Assembly (NCBI GenBank): GCA_951406725.2
Contig: OX597830.1
Span: 54,498,001 to 54,562,000 of the forward strand
DNA: 64,000 nucleotides
Direction of reading: 5' to 3'
From: Octopus vulgaris
Lineage: Eukaryota
In this document: positions 53,100 to 64,000 of the stretch, one piece after another
How positions within the stretch are numbered: the first letter of the stretch is position 1
How the letters are laid out: every line of letters begins with the position of its first letter
Program-made: the position numbers and the translations under genes
The notes under the pieces: generated by a model
The model's database searches: none
Told to the model about the DNA's origin: nothing
Seen by the model: the letters and a program-made list of their open reading frames with translations, nothing else

Positions 53100-53600
53100 G
53101 TTTTCAGAATGCTCAGACCCGTTGGGAACGCACAGACCTTATCAACAAACACAAAACTAAGACCCTTTAACTCAAACGCGAAGACGGTTCTGCTGTACGC
53201 ATGTGAAACATAGCAAGTCACAAAGTTCTTCATTGCCAAGCTCCAAACGTTTGAGTAGATGTCTCCAGAACATTCTCCCGGTGAGATGGCAAGACAGGCT
53301 CACAAACAAAACCTTGTGGAAACAGGCGAATCGGCAACCTATCGAAACTCAGACCAAGAGGAGAAAATGGGGTTGGTTGGGGCACTCCCCACGGAAACCA
53401 GTTTCCAACATTACAAGGCAACTCCCTCCGATGGACATACTCAGACAGAAGAGTGAAGACTAAAAGCAACAGAGTAAAGATCATAGAAACTGAAGCACTG
53501 ACGGGTGGCGACGCCTGAGGACAGCTGTAATCCTTTGTCAAAGATCGAGGCAGGTAGAAATCTCTTGTTGGCGCCTTATGTTCCACATGGTGTTAAAGGA
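53100..53600 (+). mobile_element. Degenerate RTE-type LINE 3' fragment
   Basis: FNSNAKTVLLYACET...WQDRLTN...RRKWGWLGH, with stops and frameshifts. Confidence 0.7.
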
Positions 53601-53778
53601 ATTAACATGAGGCTATATTTATTTCAATACTTTGTCGGTGCATGAAAAGAATCAACGTACTCTCGCTTCATGGTTGAGTGGTTGTTATTATTCAAATATT
53701 CATATGCATATTTCCATGTTAACAATGAAAAAAATCACACAAAAGGAAACACAAACCACTGTATACTATTATATACGA

Positions 53779-53812
<34 letters not shown>

Positions 53813-55380
53813 CTCTCTCTCTCTATATATATACTTTGATAGGTTTCGGCCATTATTGGCCCAGGCCATGTCTAACTTAATAGCACCACCTGTGTATGTG
53901 TATGTGTGTGTGTGTATGTATGTATGTATGTATGTATGTATGTATGTATGTATGTATGTATGTATGTATGTATGTATGTATGTATGTATGTGTAGTGGAT
54001 GTGTGTGTACGTAAATAAATACATAAACTGTTTCATGATTAAAAAGGGATTTATTTACATGGGTTATAAGTACACTACATACAAATGTAAGCAAATGCTA
54101 CGAATTGCTTGTATAGAACACATATTAAAGATGAATATGTTTGTGTGTGTGGGTGTGTGCGTGAATCATTCGAAACAGTAGCCGATAGATACTGTAGGCA
54201 TTTGTCTGTCGTCTCCAAAACGCGGGGCGAGATAAATCTGTCTGCTGGTGTGTCAGCTGCGATTGTGTTTTCTGTTTTCCCCGTTGTATTTATAATATTT
54301 GAGACAGCTAGAAAGATAGATATACTGCAGCAGAGTTAGTACCTGAGTAGGTCAGCGCTTGTCCAGTTGAACTTCGCCTGACATGGCTGAGGTCGCAGGT
54401 CAAAGGGAGATGATCAATCACTTTTTGACAGAACAAAGAGATCCTTAAATTTCGCGCCTATGGCGAGCTGGTAGAATCGTTAGCACGCCGGGCGAAATGC
54501 GTAGCCGTATTTCGTCTGCCGCTACGTCCTGGGTTCAAATTCCGCCGAGGTCGACTTAGCCTTTCATCCTCTCGGGGTCGATAAATTAAGTACCAGTTGC
54601 GCATTGGGGTCGATATAATCGACTTAATCCGTTTGTCTGTCCTTGTTTGTCCCCTCTGTGTTTAGCCCCCTGTGGGTAGTAAAGAAATATATACATGCAT
54701 TGGTTTTTGACGACCGATGATTCTTGGATTCGATTTCGAATCTAGGCTTAGAGAAGGAAGTGCTAACTCTTACATATGTAAACTGTTGGTATACCACAAA
54801 ACGAACCTTGCTACGGCTGCACCTTGGAAAGAGACTGTCCGAGGTGCAGATCCACAGTATCATAAAGCAAACAGGGGCCTGGATATATTTGTATTACAAA
54901 AGAGCTTTGTCGAGAATCTTGTTGTACTCTCGATGCTTAAAGGGCTAAGTGTTGATTTATGACCCTTCACAACCACCTGTAGAATGTTACCACTTAATCA
55001 GGCCTCGATTAAATCTGAAGTTTTTGGTTTGCAATGTCAAAATTTCGATAATTAAATATCAAAATAACAATAAAATAAGTAGAGGGCTGAAGTAGAATAC
55101 TGGCCCTTCAAAGTCCTAAATAATGGGAAGGGGAAACGAACAGAAGTGGTAGTGGTGTTGAGTAAAAATGTTAAAAAAAAAAAAAAAAAAAAAACTCTTG
55201 GAAATTAATTTTTTTTTCAGAATACTAAAAAATGAAGGAAAATTTTACTGTTTTCTTTTCTTTTCTTTTCTTATGAATATGGAAAACTGAAGGAGAGCTG
55301 TTTCAAAAGTCTTTTAAAATTTGTACTGGGGTCGATTTGATGGACTAAAAACACTTTGAAGATGGTAACCTAAAATGATC

Positions 55381-55614
55381 TATTTCTTTACTGTCCACAA
55401 GGGGCTGAACACAAAGGGGACAAACAAGGACAGACAAACGGATTAAGTCGATTACATCTACCCCAGTGCGTAACTGGTACTTAATTTATCGACCCCGAAA
55501 GGATAAAAGGCAAAGTCGACCTCGGCGGAATTTGAACTCAGAACGTAACGGCAGACGAAATACAGCTACGTATTTCGTCCGGCATGCTTACGTTTCTGCC
55601 AGCTCGCCGCCTTG
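55381..55614 (-). mobile_element. SINE family B with 18-bp TSD
   Basis: TSD TGGTAACCTAAAATGATC at 55363-55380 and 55615-55632; an oppositely oriented copy lies at 54461-54688. Confidence 0.9.
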
Positions 55615-56009
55615 TGGTAACCTAAAATGATCGTAATCCGCTGACTGAAATCGGTGAACAAACAGTAAATAAAGCATTTTTGAGGGGAAGAGAGAGAGAG
55701 GTGGGACGGAGAGGGGGGGGGGGGAGAAATATCAATAGATTAATAAAGAAAAACGATAAGAACGGATAAGTGAGAAGAGACAATCAATAATGAGAGTTGT
55801 TTCCCCTTATAGAATTAGCATAACAACAACAAACAACACGAAGTAACACAAATATATAACAAGAGGAGGAGGAGGAGGAGAAGGCTTGTGGGTGGGAGCC
55901 AAAGAGTTTTGCTAGCAGCACAGTTTGCCTGACGGCTGGGTTTGAACTTATCACGTGGCTAACTTAAGAGGTCAACATTACCTTAGTTTCCCTCTGTGTA
56001 GTCTGCAAA

Positions 56010-56057
56010 ATGCTGCTGAAATTAACCCACTTCAGACTCGTCCACAATGTCTTCAAA
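56010..56057 (+). CDS. Candidate first coding exon of an unidentified divergent gene (MLLKLTHFRLVHNVFK)
   Basis: caaaATG start context, strong donor AAA|GTAAGC at 56058, basic peptide with no acidic residues. Lies in non-repetitive CpG-retaining DNA with T-rich intron-like sequence downstream. No homology recognised. Confidence 0.3.
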
Positions 56058-59000
56058 GTAAGCATTTTAAAAATATTCTTTGTTGATTTTAGGCCACGAA
56101 GCTTACTGGTGGTGCATAAGTTTCGGCTACTAAATTCTTTTCCATGTGGGCCAGTTCGCACTGAACTGTTTAGCTTTGTTGTTTTTATTTAGATCTCTCC
56201 CCGCATTTCATGAGTAGACCACAATCGAAGGCGTCCTGCCCAGACCACCCTGTCCCTTTTGTGTGTGTGTGTGCTTCAAGCAAGTCCTTCCTTTTGTTAT
56301 GACAAAGAAATTTTAGCATCAGAGTAACGACTATTTAAGGCGACCTTGTCGATTGTTATCAATACATACGAATATTTATAAATAATTTATTCGGCAACAT
56401 GTGAAGAAAAGGGGAATATTAAAGAAGATGAGATTAGCGGTGTTGGAATGTGGAGGGTTGTAGGGATCTAGTTTGGCTTTCTGAATTATCGAAACATAAG
56501 TTTATGCTTCAAAACATGTAAATCGTAGTACCACCCCTTAACTTTTTCTTTTTTCTTTTATTTTCGATAATTTTACATAATTCGTATGTTAGCATATTTA
56601 TTTATTTATGAATGTATATGTGACAAAGTCCTGTCGATCCTGTATAGAACTTAACATTGTAATTTGTAAGAAATTGCGATTTATTGAAATGAAACGTTAT
56701 ATAAAATGTCATGAATCCGAGAAGGGCGAAAAACATGTTCTTTTTCTGTACCTTCGAAATCTTCCATGTTCAAAACGGAGATTCGCAGATTATAATTAAT
56801 TACTATTAATAAATTAAATTTCAAAAAGTTAAAAGTGGTTGCTACATAAATTTTTATTTTGGAACACTGTTTTTATTCGTTTTGATGATACAGGAGAGCC
56901 AAGACAAGTTTTTACATTACCCATTACTTTAATTTCAAATTTCGCCGCTTTTCTTATTTTCCTTTTAATTGTTAAAAAAAAAAAAACAATTTTTGTTTTC
57001 AATAATTCCTTAATACAAAATACAATCTTGTTTTTATCTTTCTTTTGGTGCATTTTTGTGTGTTTTTCTTCCTGGTAAATAAACTGTGCGTCCTTGTAAT
57101 ATTTGCGTGTTTTTCAAGGCTGTTTTGTTATGCACGATAAACATTTTCAGAATACCTTCGTAAGCAAAAATTATTTTGATAATTCGCTTGTTGTATGTTT
57201 TTTTATATATTTTTTGATTTTATAAAAATTTTTAAAGAATAAATTCGAATCGTCTTTGTTTTGCCCCATTTCAAACCCAGATTTAGCTGCTATTTCTCAC
57301 AGCTTGTCTGACCATGTACAAGTTGTTGTTTCGTCGTAGAACATAAATGAGAAGTGATCCAGTTGACGAAGGTAAAGAATACATACACTTAGTGTTTAGG
57401 GTTGGGGTTTTTGTTACGCCGAAAACTAGTGATGTACGTATTCTTTACCTCCGCCGGTCCAGCCATGGCAGTGCCCATGGTATGTATGTTTAGGCAGTAG
57501 AAAGTAATTCGAGCGAGACTTAACTGTTATTTCTAGCCAATCAGTCATGCTGCCACATAGAAAGCCCTTTATTTCTTATTCCCGCGTGAGATGGCGAACT
57601 CGTAGAAGCCGGAGCAGATCGGAGAAAATGCTTTGGGCATTTCGTCCGTCTTTACGTTCCCGTCGCTGTCTGCTTTGCCTTTCCTTTCGAGATCGATATA
57701 ATTGACTAACCCCCGTCCCATAAAATTCCAGGCCTTGTGTTGTACCCAGCGCTGGATTAACCATTTAGCGAAATAAGCACGTGTTTCGGGTATCACGTAA
57801 AGTGTGTGTGTGTGGGTCACCACAGGAATGGTAAATTGTTTATGGCACAAAGGAAATCACTTTAAATATGCCTAAATAGTATTCGTGATGACTTATGTAG
57901 ATTCGCATCTCATCTTCAAAAATGCATTTTTCTGAAAAAGTTTATTCGGATTCCTAAGTTTTACATATCGGAGATTACGAATATGCAAAAATAATTTTTT
58001 TTTGTATTGTTGTATATTAAAGTGTAGAAGTTTCATTGAGCCAGGTATATAACGTGGTAAAATACGAGGATTTAACAATATCGAAACAACAATTTCTACA
58101 GTTTAGCCAAATGAACATGGAATGTGCATTTTACACACATGCTTTAATGAAATTTCCACACTTCAGTATACAACAATACATTTAAAATGGGGTGAGGTAG
58201 TTCGGGGTGGTGGTGGTGGTTAAAATTTTGGAAAATTTTCTTTTGCATATTCGTAATCTCCGACGTGTAAAACCCGTAGGTTTTTAAGTAGGGGGTAATT
58301 TGAGGAAGATCAGATTGTTATTTCTAGCAGCTGTAGCGGCTACATAACAACTTCTTCGGCCTGTGTGGCGACAAAAATTGACTGTTTAAGGCTTAGATCA
58401 GCAAATCTATAGTTAAAGGGCATTCCACAGGTGACCATCCATTCTTTCTTTACGTCTCGGACACAGTGTATTCGTAATTACGTCATACCAACATATCTTA
58501 CCCTTCTTTCACGATGTGATTTGGTGGTGGAGGTGATGGGGTTGCATGCTACTTCCAGCACGTCGAACAACCACGTAGATCTTTATCGTCGTCGTCGTTG
58601 TCGTTATTTAGCTCTCAGCTCAATTCCGAATGTGTAAGGTCTATGATTAAAGGCATTCTAGCCATGACCATCTCATCTTTTACCAACGTTTAAGGAAGCC
58701 AGAGACAGAAACCCATTATCCAACATGTCCATAAGAGGGTTAACCAGCAGTTCCCCGTCATTTTGACATCGTGGCACTCAGGAGATGAATAACTGGTGCA
58801 CTTTGCACAGAAAGTTTTAAAGCAAAATCTGTTTTAAACTTTAATATTTAGGGAAGAAAAACTTAGTCTGTTGACTAATTGCATGACTAGATTGGTGCCC
58901 TCACCACTTCCCGACTTTTTCTTTATAACTTTCTGGAAAATGTGTGTATTTATAATTGAATTTTTACAGAAATACGTTTTCAAGGGTAGACATGGTTATA

Positions 59001-62000
59001 TTGATAAAATTTAGGACATTTTTGTGGGGGTGTGATTGGCTGGCAATGAGAAGATTTTGGAACTTTCCCCTATCTTTCTTACCATCAGTTTATCATTTTT
59101 CATCTTTTAAGATTTCTTTGTTTGTAACCTAAACATTACATAATCTACACATTTGAAAACATAATTCTAATTTTGCAAAATGTCAGTAAAAAAAAAGACT
59201 TCTGAAGAGGGTTATGAAGAATCCATTGGAAAGTGGAAAGAATGATCAGAGACAACTTGGTAACTTTTATTTTTAATTTCATGAATAAGTGTGGCTGTGT
59301 CGTAAGAAGTCTACTTCCTAACCATAATGTTCCAGGTTCAATCCCACTGCATAGCATCTTGTGCAAGAGTCTTCTACTATAGCCATGGGCCAACTAAAGC
59401 CTTGTGAGTAGATTTGGTCGATGGAAACTAAAAGAAGCTGTGTGTGTTTTTGTGTCGGTGTTTGTGTCCCGTTCCTGCTTACCAACTGGCGTTGGTGTGT
59501 TTACATACTCATAACTTAGCAGTCAGCATAAGTTACTGATAGAATAAGTACCAGGCTTTAAAAAAAGTACTGGGGTTGGTTTATTTGACTAAAAATTCTT
59601 CAAGGTGGTACCCCAAGCATGACTGCTAATTAACAACTGAAAGATAATTGTAATCTTCACCTGGAGAAAACAATCTCTGTAAAATTTTATATGAAGTCAC
59701 TTTTTAGAGACTTATGAGAAAAACGTTGTGGGCACTAAAGTGTAGTTGTGCCTTATTCATTCTTGTGTATAGCGAAGTTATGAACATGATTTTTAAGATG
59801 CTCAACTATTGATATGGACTTTTTAAACTCTGGTGCACATGAAAACCATTATGGTGAGTGATGTGAGGGGGAGATTTAGTTACTATTTCTCAAACAGTTG
59901 GGTGACAATGCAGAGATTCCTTGTTGGCTTGTGACTCACACATTGTATATATACATGTGTCTGTATGCATTTTTGTGTATGTGTTAGCATAATATAATTC
60001 TGCTAGTATTGCAAATAGCAGATATTTTTGTTGCAAGGTCAGCAATGAAATTGTAATCCAACCCTTGCAACTAATCTTATCTTTTGCTGTGCATTTTTTT
60101 CCCCTTTAAAAGCGTTTACTAATTACATTGAATAAATGTGCAAATTTGTTAAGTTTGCAAAATGTGCAAATTTAAGTTTGCGAGGTGAGTTCTTATGTAC
60201 TGAACAAGACAAACTTGGGCTTTTCTTTAAAGCAAAATGTGATGTTTGATAAAGCCAGTAGTTGTTTAGCATCTGGTTAACCTTAAGTAGACATTTGATC
60301 AAGGGTATTCCAGTCATGGCTTTTCCATCTTTTTGTATATCATATCGTAGTTTTAAATGTTGATTTGTGTGATTTGTGGAAGATTTGACTGCTATTTCTA
60401 GCAGATTGAGTGAAGTGGCCATGAAGGGGTTCTTTCATTAGGTTGGGTAGATGTGTATATCTATATATGTGAGTTTGTATATATGTGGTTCATAGTTTTT
60501 ATGTTTGCTTTTCCAAGCTGGAATGTGTTGAACTGAACTTTTTGAGAAAGTGTTTTATGGTTGGACACCTTTCATGTGGAACTTTTCAATCACCTCATAC
60601 AATATGCAGGAATATAATGTATCTACTGTAAAAAACCAAGGGACACCTAGTATTGTGTGTGTGTGTGTGTGCCTGTATCATCATCATCGTTTAATGTTCG
60701 TTTTCCATGCTGGCATGTATTGGACGGTTTGACTGAGATCTGGAAAGCCAGCGGCTGCACCAGGCTCAGATCTGATCTGGCAATGTTTTTACAGCTGGAT
60801 GCCTTTCCTAATGCCAACCACTCCGAGAGTAGTAGGTGCTTTTTACGTGCCACTGGCACAGGAGCCAGCCAGCCAAGCAGGCCTGGAGTAAATCACATTA
60901 AGATAGTGCTATTTATGTGCCACCAGAACAGGGGCCAGTCAGGGATCACTGGCCACAGCTACGATTTTGATTTTACTTGACTCAACAGGTCTTCTCAAGC
61001 ATATCAAATCGCCTGACGCATCAGGGGTACTCTTAAATGGGCCAGGCATGCAACACTGGCATCGGCCATGGCTGTGATCTCACTTTAGTTGCTGGGTCTT
61101 CTCAATCACAGCATACCTCCAAAGTTCAGTAAAAGAGAACAATAAAATGTGAGGCATCCATGCCAGCGACATGTGTGAGGCACTCAGTACACTATGTAGT
61201 GGTTGGCATTAAGAAGGGTATCCTACCATAGGAACCAAGCCAAAACAGACTGGGGTTGGTGCAGCTCTTTGGCTTACCATTTCCAGTCAAACCATCTAAC
61301 CCATGCTAGCATGGAAAGCAGATGCTAAGTGCTGATGGTGTTGATGTTTATGGAAGGTGAGTGAAATGAAAACTGCTTTACTTGAAAAAACAGGAAAGGG
61401 TTTGCAAAAAGAAGGGCACACATACACACTCATAAATACGAGAGCCAAATATAAAAAAAGACAAAAACCACAGACATCCCTTCCTTGCATATATATTCAT
61501 TTGCAGTCCCCTTCTACTCACACTGACCTTACATATACATGTATGCATACGAGTCCCCACATGGTCTGTAAGCCTACTAGAAATAGCAACTAAATTTCCC
61601 ACAGATATCACACTACAATTAAAAAACAGGAAGGACATGTTGGATGATGTATTGTATTCCCTGATACCCACCCCTGAAAGGACAAGATGGTCCTGGCTAC
61701 AACACCTTTGATCATCAGTTCTGACCTGGAACCAAATAACACACACACACATACACACCACCTGTGTTGTCTTTGTTTAACCCTTTAGCAATTAAACTGG
61801 CCATATCTGGCCCAAATATTCTATTTTTTTATGTTCAAACTGGTCAGATCTGTTATTCTAAAATTAAACAAGCATGCCATAGAAATCTCAATTCTATGAA
61901 ATAATGCTTGATTAATTCAAAACATTGCATTTGGCAGTTATCTGAATACTAAAGGGATTAAACAGATGTCTCTAGTTGTGTCATTATATTAATTAGACAC

Positions 62001-62300
62001 AGGTTAATTCAGAACAGGGTTGGGTAGAGGTGGATCCGTTATCAATCTGGTTCACTCCTTGAATCAGATTTTTCTCTCAGAAAAAAAAAAATAAAATAAA
62101 ACCAAGATATTGTGCTTTAATCCCCTTCTTTCTCTGTCCTCATCCTCCTTGTATTAAGTTGTTGACCTAAATTATAATTTCCATCACCTCATCCACCCAC
62201 CCTAGTCTTTCCAAGACAGAGTAAACCGCTGCGTCTTCTCTCAATCTGCTAAAAATAAATTTTGCAAAATACACTTTTATAATTTTAGGAAAAGATATCT

Positions 62301-62533
62301 GTTTCTTTATTACCCACAAGGGGCTAAACATAGAGGGGACAAACAAGGACAGACAAAGGGATTAAGTCGATTACATCGACCCCAGTGCATAACTGGTACT
62401 TTATTTATCGACCCCGAAAGGATGAAAGGCAAAGTTGACCTTGGCAGAATTTGAACTCAGAACGTAACGGCAGACGAAATACGGCTACGCATTTCGCCCA
62501 GCGTGCTAACGGTTCTGCCAGCTCGCCGCCTTA
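62301..62533 (-). mobile_element. SINE family B (Nin/Deu-domain-like) with 14-bp TSD
   Basis: Head GGCGGCGAGCTGGCAGAA, B-box GAGTTCAAATTC, Nin/Deu-like GCCTTTCATCCTTTCGGGGTCGATAAA..AAGTACC; TSD AGGAAAAGATATCT at 62287-62300 and 62534-62547. Confidence 0.9.
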
Positions 62534-63160
62534 AGGAAAAGATATCTTTCGATAACATGTCCCCCTGTTCTCCTGCATGTAGGAAAATGGCTGTGTGTAC
62601 CTCAAGAGAACATCATATAACAGTATTCAAAGAAGAGGAGGCTGAGGATTGATCCTTGGTGAACCCTTACTTCTACCTGGAATTCTTCACTATACTCGTT
62701 GCCAATCTTCACCTTATTGACAATATCCATGTACAGGGTTTGTACAGCTCTTACCAACCACTTGTCTATCCTCAGTTTCTGCATTGACCACCAGTCTATG
62801 TATGTGTGCACACATGTTTTGATAATGTGCAGCAGTTGTAAACAAGCACCACTGTCATAAGTAGGGTCGTTTATTTCCAATCTTTCATGGAAACATGTCT
62901 GGCCATGGGAAAATATTATTTTGCAAGGAAATAGTTGAGAGGGACTCAATGAATTTGACCTGATTCATAAAAACAGGGAAAAATGGACATTAAAACTATG
63001 GTGATATATATTCTTGATCTTATAAGAATTTATAAACATTTGGGGGAATGAGAAATAAATTCTTTAGTGGATTTGGTAGATGGAAACTGAAAGAAACCTA
63101 CTGTGTGTGTGTCTATATACATAGAATGGGCAAAAGCGCTAATATATAATATATGTTATA

Positions 63161-64000
63161 TCTATATATATAAAACTCTAGTTGTGTGAGTGTCTGTCCC
63201 CTTCGATTTAGATTCCTAACTCCTCCCACATTTTGCGGTGCAGTTTAACCAAATTCGGGTATCTTATAGTCGTGATTCATATCGAGCCCGTCTGACTATT
63301 AGCGCGCGTCAACGATGAGTCTACGATTTTAAAAATAATTTAACATCATTTTTTATTCCATTTTAATGCATAAAATGCATCGTGTGTCGATGGCGGCGGA
63401 GTTGGCGTCCACGCTCACAGCTGCACCTGTTTGCTTCTCCCCCTTCCCTCCCTCGTGAAGCTGTGGGGAAGGGAGTGTAAAGAAATCAACGTCGTAATGC
63501 GTTGTGAAGGAAACCAGCGTTCTTTTAGAACAACGACTTCATGGCTTGAAGACACCAAAACAAAAATGGCTAAGAAAGCCCGAATTTATAAGGGAAGTAA
63601 CTCTCTAAAAATGCTTATAAAGTTATTTCCCTTACAAACCCGAGCAACGCCGGGCGATACTGCTAGTATATATATATAAAACTGTAGTTGTGTGAGTGTC
63701 TGTCCCCTTCGATTTAGATTCCTAACTACTCCCATATTTTGCAGTGCAGTTTAACCAAAACCGGGTATCTTATAGTCGTGATTCATATCGAGACGGTCTG
63801 GGTATTAGCGCGCGTCTACGATGAGTCTACGATTTAAAAAATAATTTAACATCATTTCTTATTCCATTTTAATGCATATTTTTTCGTGTGTCGATGGCGG
63901 CGGAGTTGGCGTCCATGCTCACGCATGCACCTGTGTTGCTTCTCCCCCTTCTTCCCTCCCTCGTGAAGCTGTGGGGAAGGGAGTGTAAGGAAATCAACGT
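63161..64000 (+). mobile_element. Tandem non-autonomous Helitrons (63161-63666, and 63667 to the window edge)
   Basis: A|TCTATATATATAAAACT...CCCGAGCAACGCCGGG CGATACTG CTAG is followed immediately by a second, highly similar copy. Confidence 0.85.

Noticed and set aside
55982-56065. Minus-strand ORF as an alternative GPT first exon
   Set aside because: A phase-0 splice to exon 2 would drop the conserved EYAVRG motif, and I found no clear in-frame acceptor into exon 1. Kept only as an alternative reading in the findings.
59707-59853. Possible plus-strand exon ending at TG|GTGAGT
   Set aside because: Stops in the frames from the obvious acceptors and no recognisable homology; could at best be a UTR exon.

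Overview
AT-rich, microsatellite- and TE-dense animal genomic DNA. The SINE/RTE/MITE repertoire points to an octopus (coleoid cephalopod); this is an inference. Only one host gene is firmly supported: alanine aminotransferase (GPT/ALT) on the minus strand, with coding exon 1 at 35212-34976 and the 90-nt exon 2 at 510-421, separated by a 34,465-bp intron. A divergent plus-strand gene may start near 56010. The rest is SINEs (tRNA/CORE-like, Nin/Deu-domain and RTE-tail types), a near-full-length frameshifted RTE LINE with three C2H2 fingers, a 5'-truncated CR1-group LINE, R4/Dong-like and Tx1-like relics, three mariner relics, non-autonomous Helitrons and several MITEs. The most striking signal is a ~430-nt non-coding insert in a (TA)n tract (about 7180-7612). 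It carries an intact type I hammerhead ribozyme (CUGAUGA...GAAA, GUC site) at the apex of a long nested rod-like fold, resembling a retrozyme or Penelope-type terminal repeat. Two further, more degenerate hammerhead-shaped motifs occur nearby. Most ORFs in the supplied track are microsatellite translation artefacts. TE boundaries without a TSD or TIR are approximate.
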